Assembly: GCA_951406725.2 (NCBI GenBank)
Contig: OX597823.1
Span: 63,054,001-63,118,000 of the forward strand
Length of the DNA stretch: 64,000 nt
Reading direction: 5' to 3'
From: Octopus vulgaris
Lineage: Eukaryota
Positions 1 through 14,372 of the stretch are shown piece after piece. The translations under genes were made by a program, and so were the position numbers. The notes below the pieces were generated by a model, which was given only the letters and a program-made list of their open reading frames with translations, ran no database searches and was not told the origin of the DNA. Numbering within the stretch: the stretch's first letter is position 1; every line of letters begins with the position of its first letter.

Positions 1-284
1 GTGAATATGGAGGGTGGGGTAACACATCCCAGCCGAGCTGCAGCAACTTTTGTCTGGTTCCCAAAACATCAAGTGCCGAAAATGAACTTTCTTATCTTCC
101 ATTTTAAAGGGTTACAGAATTAACATAGGTTATAGGAACATAAACCTTCTTCCACGAAAAGATAGCTTCAACTGTGCTCTAAATGGAGGTGTAGTGAAAT
201 CCTATTTTATGGACTCGACCATGTTCTAAAATAAGTCGAAAGGTAAGCTACTATAAATCGACACGAACTTTCAGGACAACCCAA
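1..284 (-). mobile_element. Internally deleted mariner element (non-autonomous), cut by the window start
   Basis: Ends in the mariner TIR gaactttcaggacaacccaa followed by TA. The reverse complement matches 54332-54610, including the same deletion junction (MEDKKVHFRHLM joined to TRQKLLQLGWDVLPHPPYS). Confidence 0.85.
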
Positions 285-365
285 TAGAAGACACTTGCCC
301 AAGATGCCATACAGTGGGACTGAACTCGAAACCATGTGGTTGGGAAACAAGCTTCTTACTACACA

Positions 366-397
<32 letters not shown>

Positions 398-769
398 GTG
401 TGTGTGTGTGCACCATATGTTTATACTAAATACATGTGTGTATGTATATGTTTATACTTAACACATGTGTATGTGATGTGTGACTATATCGATCTGTGGA
501 TTTACCGGCATGGGTGCTTGTACTTAACTGTTTTTTTTTTATGGCATCACATGTCCCCACATTGGCCATCCGTGTAATTTTATCTTTTCATTTTTAATCT
601 ACTTAATTCTCATTCCCTCATCCATTTTTTCTATATACACATGTGTGTACGCATGTATATGTATGTATGAATATATATGCATGGATACATGTATATGTGT
701 ATTTGTGTATCTGTATATATATATAAATGTGTGTTTTCTTCTCTCTCTCTCTTTGTAGTTAAATAGCTC

Positions 770-860
770 TACCTACACAGTGGATATGCTTTCAGCTAGT
801 GCAAAATTCTCAGGAGACTGGATTGATGCCCTGCCTGTGGCCAACAATAAAGATCTACTC
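770..860 (+). pseudogene. CRE-like non-LTR retrotransposon fragment, left part
   Basis: Translates as ASAKFSGDWIDALPVANNKDLL, resembling the SGxWLxALP motif that precedes the zinc finger and restriction-like endonuclease of CRE-clade elements. It continues at about 3087. Confidence 0.55.
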
Positions 861-1153
861 AGTGTAGAACATGCATGAGCGACCCGCGGCCCTCGCCGAG
901 TTTGTAGGTTACTAATTTTTACAAGCAAAATTGTTTCTCAAATTTTCCAATTATTAATCTTATCGTATCTCAACATAACCTAAGAGTAGCGACATCTCAA
1001 ATTCTACCTAATATTGAAAATATGGTAAAGAATGTGAATGTGCAAATATCTCACTGATACAGATAATGAAATTTGTTCTTTTTTTTTTAACTCAATATTT
1101 GAAACTATAATTTATTTACACTAGTAATCATCATTATTATCATTAGGAAATAA

Positions 1154-2921
1154 TGCAGTGGTATCACAGGTAGATTAACAGATAGAGTAGTCTTTGTATG
1201 TGGCAGATGTGCAGGAACAATGCGCACCAAGAGCACACAAGAATTAGATTCTCTCAAATGCCCAGGAGGCTCTCTTGAGGTTGTAGATAGTTTCTGTTAC
1301 CTAGGTGACCAAATTAGCACTGGTGGAGGATGCTCTGAAAGTATTGTTTCTAGAATAAGAATTGGGTGGAGGAAGTTCAGAGAGCTATTACCTCTGTTGG
1401 AAACAAAAGGCCTCTCTCTTAGAGTGAAAGGTAGACTACATGATGTTTGTGTACGAACGGCTATACTCTATGGTAGTGAGATATGATCTCTGAATGCTGA
1501 AGACATGGGTAGATTGGAAAGAAACAAAGGTAGTATGCTCCGTTGGATGTACAACATCAGTGTACATGTAACAAAATGCAAATGTATTGAGAGAAAAGTT
1601 GGGCATAAGAGGAATCAAATGTAGCATGCAAGAGAGAAGATTAAGTTAGTTTGGACATGTGATGCGTATGAATGAGGACAGCTGCATAAAAAGTGTCGAT
1701 TATTGAAAGTGGATGGTACCCGTGAAAGATGGAGACCCAGGAAGACATAGAATGAAGTGGTAAGGACCGATCTCTGGAAGCTGGACCTCACGGAGGTAAT
1801 GACCATGGACCGAAACGCCTGGCGATTTGCAGTTCTTGAGAAGACCCGCCAACATCAGCAAAACTGTCATCTGCTTGCCCCCGACCTGTGCGTTCTACCT
1901 ACATACCTTGTCTCACTTTATTATTGTCATCTGCTAGCCCCCGACCTGAGTGTTCCACCCACACATAACAAGAAAACATTTCCCTCACCCTACCCCAACA
2001 TACCATTCTACATCTCTTCTCTTTCTCGTATTTCCTCCTTCTTTCCCTACGCTTAGCTCTCATTCCTTGCCTAGCTCTCACTCCCCAATCCTGTCCTCAT
2101 ACCCCTGTTCCTCTGTATCATTGCTATCCGGTAGCCCCTCCAACTCTATATATATCCAGGTCTTTCGCCACTTACTCGCACTCCCATCTCAATATCCTGT
2201 CACATATATTATGCCACTTAATTATGGCATACCTTCAAGGGTATTCCCTGGTACTTGCCACTATCTATATCTCTCTCTTTCTTTACTCAGCCATCTCATT
2301 TAAACTCTGATCCCCGTTCCTTGTGAGTCTCCCTCCACCCCTCTCTCTCTCTCTCCTTCTCCTGCGCTTCCCTCAGGTTGGGCAACCGTGTATTTTCTTT
2401 GCGGTAGCACACCTGTTTCTGTCTTCGTTTCTGATCTTTCTCTCTCCGTCCGGGTAACCTTGTACTTCTTCTACAGCAAGACACCTGTATCTATCTCACT
2501 ATAACCTTTTCATCATCACCTCCTCCGATACCTCCTCCCCTCTTAAAAGTTTTTGTCTTGCAAGTTCTTGGTGACCCTGTCAGTGCAGGTGCCACTTAAA
2601 AGCACCCAGTTCACACTGTAAAGTGGTTGGTGTTCAGAAGGGCATCCAGCTGTAAAACCCTTGTCAAAACTGACCTCGCCTGTGCTTGTGCCACGTAAAA
2701 AGCAATACTCACCTCACCTGTGAGTGTGCCACATAGAAAAGCACTGAGTCCACTCTGCTAAGTGGTTGGTGTTAGGAAGGGCATCCAGCTGTACAAATTC
2801 TGCCAAAAACAGTCACATAAATCTAGTGCAGGCTTCGGCCTGGCCGGCTTTTGTGGTTTCGTTCCGCCTATGTTAGCATGGAACACGGACGTTAAATGAT
2901 GATGATGATGATGCTGATGAT
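1154..2921 (+). mobile_element. 5'-truncated, degenerate RTE-clade LINE (C-terminal ORF, 3' UTR, (GAT)n tail)
   Basis: Frames give LEVVDSFCYLGD, RIRIGWRKFREL, LYGSE and a broken WFGHVMRM motif. Several stops. Ends aaatgatgatgatgat. Confidence 0.85.
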
Positions 2922-3019
2922 GCCAGCTTAATGTGAACTTTCATACTAAGACAAATAAAAATAAGAACTGCAAAAAATTCAGTGTAAAGTAATATTTCAT
3001 GCATGTGTTCTTTATCATG

Positions 3020-3085
3020 CGGCCCTCTCCCACTTAGAAATAGTACAATGCGGCCCCCAGTCAACGAAAAGTTGCCCATCCCTGC
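3020..3085. mobile_element. Right end of a hAT-like MITE (left end probably near 870-900)
   Basis: gcggcccccag...aagttgcccatccctg is the reverse complement of a CAGGGATGGGCAAC-type hAT terminus. A decayed partner gcatgagcgacccgcggccc lies at 873-892. Confidence 0.5.
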
Positions 3086-3086
3086 T

Positions 3087-3572
3087 CTAGATGAACTCCG
3101 CATCCGCATCTCTGAGTGGGAGCTGATGTCTGTAGGGGACTGAAGTGTCGCTGTGGTAGGACTCTCGACCCAACAGGTCTTCCGGGTCTGTCTCGCCGCC
3201 TAAATGCTGGTCGCTTCGCTTGTCGCACCGAGCTAAACCTAATCATTAAACGGGCTCTGGCTCGGATTTATATCCCCTCAGTTCTGGAGCTGTCGGGATT
3301 ATCCAGAAGTGATGGAAAGAGACCAGATGGTCTTACCCTCTATCCCTGGGTTAGAGGTAGGTGCCTCATATGGGACGCCACAGGCTGCGACTCCTTTACT
3401 CCCTCCCACATTTTGGGTGCTGCAGTTAATGGAAGGGTCACTACTTCCGTAGCCGAACAGAAGAAAACCCTGAAGTATCGTGGCGTTTGATACGCTCGGA
3501 AGGACTAGGCCTCTAACCGCAAAGTTCTTGTCAACATTGGCAGCTTGCCTCACCGAGGTGTCGGGTGATGCC
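3087..3572 (+). pseudogene. CRE-like non-LTR retrotransposon C-terminus (Cys motif plus PD-(D/E)xK restriction-like endonuclease)
   Basis: ORF 3116-3490 contains CxCG and RSDGKRPDGLTLYPWxxGRCLIWDAT, typical of the RLE domain of CRE-type elements. Degenerate. Confidence 0.75.
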
Positions 3573-3985
3573 AGTTACTGTGATTAAAAAAATACATTTT
3601 GAACACAGAGATTTGGAAGGATTAGATGAAAGTTCTCCAGGAATTATCTTTCGTGTAAAGAAATGATTATGTTAATTCAAAAGTTTGCCAGCAAAATATT
3701 ATAAAATGATAATGTTCTAAAAGATGTATATGTTTACATGTTATATACTCTAAAATACCTGTTTCAAAACAGCTTTTAAACGAAAAACTCACAAAAGAGT
3801 CACCGTATGTAAACACCTAATAACCTACAATAACCATCTAATGATTAAAGTGGCAAAATTATCATAAAAACCATTTCTATTCGTTTTTTTAAAAATATAT
3901 AATACTGTACCTAGGACTTTCTATTTCTCATTATTATATATATATATATATATAACTATTATTATTATTATTATTATATACATAT

Positions 3986-4068
<83 letters not shown>

Positions 4069-4282
4069 TTAGAGTCAAGTTTTGGCTGCTATTTCCAGCC
4101 TGGTGGTATCTAAGAGATACCCTAAATTATAATCTTAATAATTATTATTACCTTTGAAGGTTTTTTATTTCCATGCTGGCCACCTGATATTTAAATATCG
4201 ATCTTATCCTTATTTATATAAATATATTAACATTAACAAGAACAAATTTAAAATTCCACAAAAAAAATCAGAATAATACTTG

Positions 4283-4330
<48 letters not shown>

Positions 4331-4439
4331 TATAACAGGTTATAGTATTTCTTTTGTATCATTTTTGATCCTTTATCTTAAAAATAAACATAAAAATTAC
4401 TCATTAGAATTCTTCTAATCTTTTACTTCCCTTAGGAAG

Positions 4440-4507
<68 letters not shown>

Positions 4508-5670
4508 TAAAGAGAACCACCCGAAATAAGTTTAATCCAATTCCACCGTTTTTATTTATTTTGCAAAGCGAAATAATGTCCCTTTAGCTACACACATCTT
4601 ACCACATGCTACTATCTCCAGGAATAATATAGCTGCGCTGATTTTCTTCGTAGTTCACTTTGAGATTATTCCTATACAACAGGTATGTCTTGTACAATGT
4701 AAACTAATTCCTTTAATTTTCAGATATGTTTTTGGCTAGGGAAACAAACACTGTGTTGCAAGATGATTTAAAGAAAAAAAATGGTTCATATAATTGTTTA
4801 CCTTTATTTTCCCTCAGTGTACTATTTATTATTTTTAATATTAAATATTGTATATGTTTAGATGTCAAAATACCACGAGAATTAATGCTTGTTATATATA
4901 TAATATATGTAGTAGAATTTATGATTTATTTATTCGTGTGTTGGCTTTGTTGCTTGAGCCTGCGGTGGTGGAAAAAACACAAAGCAACCCCAAAACAAAA
5001 CATGCTTTTATTTTGCTAATAGGTTAAGCAGCACACACACACACAAAAAAAGAGCGAAAACGAAGGTTATGAGTGTAAGCGTACTTGTTTGTCTATCTCA
5101 CCGATTGACAACCGGTGTTGGCTTGTTTACGTCCCCGTCATGTAACAGTTGAGCAAAAGAATGATACTGATAAAATGAAAAAAAATAAGTACCCGACGTA
5201 AAAATTAAGATTAATACTGAGGGATCGGCGGTGAGAGGTCTCGATTCGGTCGACTAACCACCTTTCCAAGGTGACGCTCACGTGTGGCCACAATTTGATG
5301 CCTAAGGGAAGTAAAAGATTAGAAGAATTCTAATGAGTAATTTTTATGTTTATTTTTAAGATAAAAGATCAAAAATGATACAAAAGAAATACTATAACCT
5401 GTTTTCAAATCGAAGAACTATCGATTGTGTGATAGATATTGATTAAGGTTTAGTTTTTTAAAATTTTCTTTTCCGAAATTAAACGTATTCCAAACACTCT
5501 TGTTTACCGTTGCGTAGATTTTTCTCGAAATAAAGTCCCATACACACGCACACGCATGCACACACACGCACACATACACACACACACAAACACACAAACA
5601 CACACACACAACTTATCTTTATCTTTAATTAATTTATGTGTTTGTGTATATATGTATACAGAAACATAAA

Positions 5671-5718
<48 letters not shown>

Positions 5719-5769
5719 CGGTCTGTATATAAATATGTGCGTGTGCGTGCGTTTGTATATATATATATG

Positions 5770-5827
<58 letters not shown>

Positions 5828-6087
5828 CAGTAATCCCTCGACTATCGCCGGTGTTACGTTCCAAAACACTCGCGGTATGCGAAAATCCGCGAAGTAGAAA
5901 CAGTACTGTACTGTATATTTCTTTTCATTTTTTTTAATAATTTGTATATATCTTTATTTATTTATTTATTTATTTATTTCATTATAAATGCAAAAACAGC
6001 ACCACGGAGGGATCGACGTAAGCTTAAATAATAAACCGCGTTAGGTGAAACGCGATTGGTGAACCGTGGTATGGCGAGGGATTACTG
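5828..6087. mobile_element. pogo/Tigger-like MITE
   Basis: TIRs cagtaatccctcg / cgagggattactg next to TA. A second copy is at 39226-39426. Confidence 0.75.
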
Positions 6088-6090
6088 ATA

Positions 6091-6194
<104 letters not shown>

Positions 6195-6210
6195 CGCGCG
6201 CGCGCGTATA

Positions 6211-6270
<60 letters not shown>

Positions 6271-6633
6271 TCTTTTATCTTCATTTACTTGTTTCAGTCA
6301 CTTGATTGCGGCCATGCCGAAGCACTGCCTTGAAGGAAACCCTTCGACAAATCGACCCCATAACTTTTTTTAAAGCCTGGTACTCATTCTATCGGCTTCG
6401 TTTGCCGAATATAAGTTACTGGGATGTAAACACACCAACACCGGTTTCGAGCGGTGTTGGACACACACACACACACACACACACACACGTAGTTTCGGTT
6501 CAGTTCTACTATAGTCCCGAGCCAACCAATGCCTTATCAGTGAATTTGGTTGACGGAAATTGGGTGGAAGCCCATCTTGTGTGTGTGTATGTGTGTGTGT
6601 GTGTGTGTGCGCGTGTGTGTGTGAGTGTGTGTG

Positions 6634-6990
6634 AAGGCGCATAGTTGAGTGGTTAGAGCGTCGGGCTCACAATCATGAGGTAGTGGGCTCGATTCCAGAA
6701 CTGGGTTGTGCGTTGTGTTCTTGAACAAGACATTTTATTTTCGCGCTGCTCCAGGTCACTCAGTTCAATCAGTTTACACACTGATAAGTTGCGACATCAA
6801 TGGTGCTCTGATATATCAGCCTTTTCCTTTCCCTTGGAAAACATTGGTGGCATGGAGAGGGGAGAGGCTGGTATGGATGGGTGACTGCTGGTCTTCCATT
6901 AACAAACCTTGCTCGAACTTGTTCTTCAGAGAACTTTGTAGGTGCAATCCCATGGTCATTCATAACCGAAGAGACCTTTACTTTACCATA
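6634..6990 (+). mobile_element. tRNA-derived SINE
   Basis: Head ggcgcatagttgagtggttagagcg (A box) and ggctcgattcc (B box), a central gtgttcttgaacaagac domain, and tail ctttactttacc. Confidence 0.65.
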
Positions 6991-8574
6991 TGTAAACACA
7001 CACCTTTGCGCGCGCGCGTGTGTGTGTGTGTGTCCTATCTCCATATCACTTGACAATCGATATTGGTTTATTTCTGTCCCTGTAATACAGCAAAAGAGTC
7101 AGTTAGAATAAGTAAGTTCCAGATTTTAAGAAATAAGTGCATAAGTACTGGCGTCGATTTAACTAAATCTTTCCTTCAAGGAGGTGCCCCAGCATGGCCA
7201 CAGTTCAATGACTAAAAAAAAGAAAAGAAAATTGTAACCTCCACTCCCAAAAATGTATATTTAACAAATTTCGCTAAAAAAAAAAAAGGCCTTGTTTTCT
7301 TTCTTCAGAAAGTTATGAGGAAACCCAATCGTGGGGCACTAATCAGTAGTTAAGCCCTGCGATGTTGTTGCTTAGCCCGAGGTCAGTTCGGATCAAAACC
7401 TTTTAAATAAAAGATGGCGTTTCAGCCTTCCAGAAACTACTACTGTTTCCTAACAGCATTTTAGTTCCCGGGCAAAGCAACGCATTAATGCCTGTATTGA
7501 CAGCAGAGCACAACGTACACAGATTAGCATTTGGCCCTATAAACCTGTGGGCCCCACCGGGAAACTGTCCAGTGCAGAGAATACTGAAGACTGCCCCATC
7601 ATTTTGCTGCTTTTAGTTCCGAGTTAGCCTGGATCAAGCATCAAGCAAACCTATGAAAAAAAAATCGTTCCAGTCCTAACTAATCTGTCATGTCTAGCTA
7701 CGCCCCCACACCGAGTTAGGCCTCGTTGATCAAGTAGACCTTTAATGAAAGAAGCATTCTAGTGTTATTTAACCCTAGGTCAGCTACGAACAAACACGTC
7801 TATGATCAAAGGGCAGTCTACCCATGACCATGCTGTCTTTTTCTCCGTAATGATGAATTCTATTCTGTATTATTTGTAGTGTCTGTTATGAAGAATTTGC
7901 TTTCGGATATGGTGTCTCTATGATTATATTATCCAATGTCCTGTCATGGGTTTTTTTTTTCTTTTAAAGTCGGTAGTGTGATCTGAGAGTTGCTTAGCTG
8001 CTATGTCTAACAAGTCGACCGACAACCTAGATCAGTGGTTCTCAACCATTTTTTTTACCAATTGACCCTTTTGATTCTTACTTTACACTACTGGATCCCT
8101 GTAGCCATTCGATGTTTTAGAAAAATCCCGTTATATTTATATAATTTATTATTAAGAATTACATATAAAAATGTTAAAATATTTTATGCATTTTAGAATT
8201 ATAACCAATTTATTGCACCTAAGTTTTAACTGCAAAATCTTATATTGGACCCCGGTCGAGACACATGGACAAAAAGTTTCTATTCAAAATATGTACAAAG
8301 TTTATTACTTATGTACGCCATGTATTTCCTTTTTCATTTTCTTTTGCATTTTGTGTTTACAAAACTGAAGGCACTTAACATACAGTGTTGCTGGTCGATC
8401 AACTAAATTTATTCCTCAGCATTCCACTTGTAGTCTCAGCCAAAATCAGCGTGACCACTGTGTGGCAAAACTGTATCTTTTGACTAACTGGAACAATCCA
8501 CCTGACGAGTTACTTTACAGTTTCTCTTCACCCAGTTTCTCTCACAGGTTATGGGTTGATCCCAAGTTATAGAC

Positions 8575-8926
8575 CAGGGGTTCTCAACCATTATTATTAT
8601 TTTTTTTATCTGTGGACCCCTTTGATTACTATTTTATGCTGGTGAATCCCTGTAGCCATTTGATGTTTAAAAACTAGTTTTATGGAGACTTCTTTCAAAA
8701 TTTCTATTTTGTTTTTCACACGTTAACTTATGTAGGTTGAACTATGTAAAATGTTAGAGAAAGAAACCTAGCTGTTTCTTGCAATACATACAGCTACGGC
8801 AAATTTTTTTCAGGGGCCCTTAAAATAATAAATTGGATCCCCAATTTATTATTTTGTTGCGTGGACCCCCCTAAAATAATTATATGGACCCTCAGGGGCC
8901 ATATGAATTCCAGTTGAGAACCACTA
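8575..8926. mobile_element. hAT (Charlie-like) MITE, with a related partial copy at 8033-8260
   Basis: TIRs caggggttctcaac / gttgagaaccact. The same 5' end (cagtggttctcaaccatt) occurs at 8033. Confidence 0.65.
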
Positions 8927-9132
8927 GTACAGAACAAACATGGACAACCTTTGTTCGAAAAGCGGGCCACATGAAATATGCTTCATCATTTGGCGGGCTG
9001 CACTACTAAAAAAATGTTAAGGTAATTTTTCGTCAGGCGCACCGTGCCATTCAGAAAGTCCTACGGGCTGTAGGTTGCCCATAGTATGAACAACGGCACT
9101 TACCCATGATGCAACTTAGTGGGATAGACACA

Positions 9133-9242
<110 letters not shown>

Positions 9243-9533
9243 CACAGACACATATAACGAAAGGCTTCTTTCAAAATCCGTCTCTACCAACCGGCTCACA
9301 AGGCCTGGGTCTGTAGTAGAAGACACTTGTTCAAGGTATAACGCACTAGGACTGAACCTGAAACCATGTGGTTGGGAAGCAAACATCTTACCAAACAGTC
9401 ATGCCTGCGTAAAATATTTTTTTAGCTCTCTTCCGGTCATTCAGTTACGTAATATGCATTTGTAAACAAGAATATAACGCCTGCATTTGTGTTTACTTAT
9501 CTATTATCTTCAAAATATATATAAAACTAAGCA

Positions 9534-10801
9534 TCGGGTTGTCCGGAAAGTTCATGCCGATTTTTAACCGTTCATGTTCCAACACGTTAGAACACGTCAA
9601 ATTTATCGACGTATAATATGCTTACATTCCCGGTTAGCGCACACTTCAAACTATCTTTTGAGAAAGAAAGTTTAAAATTACTTAATTCATGTCAATTTTG
9701 CATCCCTATGAAAATGGAAGATTATAAGGTGCATTTTAGACACTTGATGCTTTTTTTTTATGACCGTAAAGGAAAAAATGCTTCACAAACAACAAAAAAG
9801 ATATGTACAGTGTACGGTGAAGGTGCTTTAAGTGACAGAACTGTACGGAAGTGGTTCAATAAGTTTAGAGTTGATGATTGTAGATTTATTGATGCTCAGG
9901 CAGACCCCCCTCCCCACACGATGACGACCAAATCAAGACATTGATTGAGAATAATCTACATTATACAACACGGGAATTGATAGAAACATTAAGTTTATCA
10001 AAATCCACCAGCCATGAGCACTTATTGAAGCTTGAGTACTCAAATCACTACGATGTTTGGGTACCACATGATCAGAGTGAAAAGAATCTTTTGGATCACA
10101 TTTCTCTCTGTGACATGCTGTATAGACGCTATGAAAATGCACCCTTTTTGAAGCAAATTGTGACAGGTAATGAGAAATGGATAGTTTGCGACAATGTTCA
10201 GCGAAAAAGATCCTAGGGTAAGCCACATGATCCATCTTTAGCCACCCCATAAACAGGTCTTCATCCTAAGAAAGTCATGCTCTGCATTTGGTGCGATTGG
10301 AAAGGAATCCTGTACTATGAGCTTCTGCCAATTAACCAGTCAATTAATTCTGAGAAGTACTGTTCGCAACCGGACGATTTAAAGGCAGTAATCCCAGAAA
10401 AGCGCACAGAATTGGCGAACAGGAAAGGTGTTTTCAAGATAATGCCAGCCCTCACGTTTCTTTGGCGACTCGTCAACAGCTGTTGCAGCTTGGAGCTGGG
10501 ATGTGTTACCCCACCTACCATATTCACCAGGCATTGCTCCTTCGGATTTTCATTTATTTAGGTCCTTGTAAAATAATCTCAATGGTAAAATTTTTTAATT
10601 CTTTGGAGGACATTAAAAAAAAACAAAACACTTTAATGAGTTTTTTGTCAAGAAACCATCGAAATTCTGGGAAGAGAAAAATTTTACGTTGAATGAAAGC
10701 TGGGGAAAGGTTGTGCAACAAAATGGTTCATTTCATGGCATAATTTTGTTTTGTCTTTTAATTTCCCTAAGAAATCGGTACGAACTTTCCAAACAACCCA
10801 A
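9534..10801 (+). mobile_element. Full-length decayed mariner transposon (about 1.27 kb)
   Basis: About 28-bp TIRs tcgggttgtccggaaagttcatgccgattt / aaatcggtacgaactttccaaacaacccaa followed by TA. Confidence 0.92.
9714..10735 (+). pseudogene. mariner transposase pseudogene
   Basis: HTH region (ICTVYGEGALSDRTVRKWF), WVPH motif, IVTGNEKW (catalytic D replaced by N), MLCIWCDWKGILYYELL, QDNASPH and YSP motifs spread over several frames. Confidence 0.9.
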
Positions 10802-10990
10802 TAGTTCTCCATCACAGTTCCTAACAGAACTTATATCAGTACAGTTATACACTGGCGGGGCCCTTCATTAGTGCCATCATATTTAATGTAGTGAAGAAGT
10901 AGAGGAAATACAATTAACCCTTTCACTGACCTCCTGTATATCACATGAAATACATATTTCCCTAGCGTCCATGCATGGTATATGATACAC

Positions 10991-11699
10991 GACCCCCCTC
11001 ACACCAAATTTCAGACATTGTACCTTTAGTAGACAGGATTAGAGTGAAATAGTTGGATTTAGGAGAGGACAGAGGGGGCTAGGCTTGATACTATATTATG
11101 ACTAAAGCTTGAACAATGTTGTCTATACATTTAAGTAAACCTAAAGTTTGTCGTTGAAACTAATTGCTTTATGCACCTTTACCGCCTACCACGGAGTAAA
11201 ACTTGGCGTGTCGTGGTGGTGATGATGGTGGGTCAGCTCCATAATCGAGTGGCCATATTTATGAAAAGTATTTCCCATCCTGAACATCCCATTTTTTCAA
11301 CTACCAGAGTAACTTGGGACTTATGAAAGGAAAGCCTTATTATGTTACTTAGAACGTATGACTCGAGGGTTAACGTAGTCTGGAAACATGGACGCCTAGG
11401 ACAAACTTGAAACTTATGAAAAACGCTTTGGGCAGGTAAAAGGGGTTTTATATTACGTAGAATGTAAGGCGGCAAGAAATTATCTGTCTGCGATATCAAG
11501 CACAACGTTTGGCGCTTGTCGAAAATAGTTTTATGGGACAGATTAACATGAAATAGACTGTTTGTGTTTCAAACGAAAATTTATGGCAATATCGTATATT
11601 GCTAAGAGTAAGCTAGCTGGAGTGATTCCAATTCTTTCATACACCGGAATGGATCTTGGGTTTACGTCTACCTCAACAGTGCAAATTAATCTTGTTTTC

Positions 11700-11786
<87 letters not shown>

Positions 11787-11980
11787 GGTCCCGGGTTGAG
11801 TCGGGGTTAACCACAGTAAATAATTTTACTACAGTTCTAGTCCTGTAGAAGCTCCTTCTATAAAATAAATATATATATATATATATATACATATATATAC
11901 ATACATACATATATATATATACATATATATACATATATACATACTTACATACATATACATACACAAATACATATACATAC

Positions 11981-12032
<52 letters not shown>

Positions 12033-12735
12033 TATGTATATATATATGTATATGTATATATGATGTAAACTAATTGCTTTATGCACCTTTACCGCCTACC
12101 ACGGAGTAAAACTTGGCGTGTCGTGGTGGTGATGATGGTGGGTCAGCTCCATAATCGAGTGGCCATATTTATGAAAAGTATTTCCCATCCTGAACATCCC
12201 ATTTAATTTTTTCTTTTTCTTTTTATTTTTGTAAGCATTTCGCATCCCAGACTACATTATTCGATATGTCCTCTCTAAGACAACAGGCTATAATGTGCCT
12301 GCTATTTCTTCCTTTTCGAACAACCACATAGAGACTCCTACACTAGCTCTACGTTGTGTTGTGTGTAGCTGGGATCGTTCTTGTTCGTCGTATTGCATTG
12401 GTAGAGATACAGCTGATCAATAAGAATTATCGATTGATTTATTAGTTGCGGCCGATCTTACTTTTCATTATAATTCAAATTCCGCCAAGGTCGACTTACC
12501 TTCCATCCTTTCAGGTTCGGTGAATTAATTGACAGTCGAGCAGTGGGGTCGATGTAATCGATTAGACCCCCTCACACCAAATTTCAGACATTGTACCTTT
12601 AGTAGACAGGATTAGAGTGAAATAGTTGGATTTAGGAGAGGACAGAAGGGGGCTAGGCTTGATACTATATTATGACTAAAGCTTGAACAATGCTGTCTAT
12701 ACATTTAAGTAAACCTAAAGTTTGTCGTTGAAACT
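10991..12735. repeat. Permuted local duplication: A+B at 10991-11294, B at 12067-12204, A at 12565-12735
   Basis: Two near-identical blocks of about 170 and 140 bp, read directly in the sequence. Confidence 0.9.
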
Positions 12736-13356
12736 TTGGTAAATCTTAAGAAAAGCAAAATTAAAACCCTTAAACTTGTTACCAAATACTTGGCCTCACT
12801 AGTACCAAAAACGCACCACCGCAAAAACAAAAAAAAAAAAACCTGCAAAAACCGAAGCTTCTTCTTCTTCATGGTTAGAAAATATTTCAGCTGTTACAAT
12901 ACTCCTGTAACATACCTACTATAGAGTACTGCTTGCTACATCTGGGACAGTACTGCTGTGACGCTAACACAATCTTCCACAACTGCATCTAACTGAACTG
13001 ACATTGACTTCAAGTTTTGGCTCAAGGCCAGCAATTTCGGGATGGGGATAAGTCGATCACATCGACCCTAGTTTTCAACTGGTACTTATTTTATTGACCC
13101 CGAAAGGATGAAAGGCAAAGTCGACTTCGGCGGACTTTCAGCTTAAAACGTAAACACGGACGAAATCCTGAGAAGCATTTTACCCGGCTTGCTAACGATT
13201 CTGTTAGCTAGCCAGTAATTTCGGGGAGGGTTTTTGTCGATTACCTCGAGCCCAGTGTTTAACTGGTGTTTATTTTATCGATCTGCGAAGAATTTTGCCC
13301 GGTGTGCTAATGCTTCTACCAGCTCTCCGCCTTGCATCTAAACGACAACTTTTATA

Positions 13357-13734
13357 TCTTTATATATAAAAGTGAAGTTGTGTGTCTGTTTCCTACGATT
13401 TAGATTCCTAACTACTTCCACATTTTGCGGTGCAGTTTAACCAAAACCGGGTATCTTATAGTCGTGATTCAGATCGAGCCCTTCTGGGTATTAGCGCGCG
13501 TCTACGATCAGTCTACGATTTAAAAAATTATTTACCATCATTTTTTTCGCTATTATATAAGGGAAGTAACTCTCTAAAAATGTCTACGATGAGTTAACGA
13601 TTTAAAAAAAAATTACCGTCATTTTTTTTCCCATTTTTAATGCATTTTTTGCTATTTTTTGGCTACAACTCTCTAAAAATGCTTATATAGTTATTTCCCT
13701 TACAAACCCGAGCAACGCCGGGCGATACTGCTAG
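13357..13734 (+). mobile_element. Non-autonomous Helitron-like element
   Basis: Starts TC after A. Ends with hairpin cccgagcaacgccggg, a spacer and CTAG, followed by T. Confidence 0.75.
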
Positions 13735-14372
13735 TCACTACTACAACGGTTTCTTTGAACCTGCTGATTACATAACTCTACCGCCACTTCAGATTGTCCG
13801 CTTCTCTTATCCCTTCCACAGGTCTTGACCCTGTGCTCTAATCCTTTGTCCCCGGTGTGCCCACTCCATGGAATTCATCCCCGCCTACATACTACTTGCA
13901 GTCGGCGATTTTCAGAAATTCAAGAGCTCTCCTCGACACAGTTGCTGTTTAAAGCTCCAGGTTAATCTCAGCCAAACAAATCTAGGTGGCACGCAGTGGG
14001 ACTGAACTTGGAACCATGTTGTTGGGAAGCAAGCTTCTTACCACGTGGCCACGACTGCGTCTATTATACAACTTACTGTTAACAAGTCGGGATGCGTGGC
14101 GTTCAGTTACTCCATAAATGAAAAATGCATTAAATACTACAAAACGTACACGTAGGACAGATACAGACGGGCCCTAATCCGTCCTCAGTTATCGACTACA
14201 AATACTAATACCCAGTTTCGTGCCTTTAACGATAAGACTGGGAACTTTGTATATCGGCGGCGTCTGCAACATTTGCGTAGAATTAGGGCTCGAGCAAACA
14301 AAACAATACGGGGTTGACGTACGAAAGTAAACAAATGTAATTTGAAACGATAGACGAAGACAATAAATAAAG

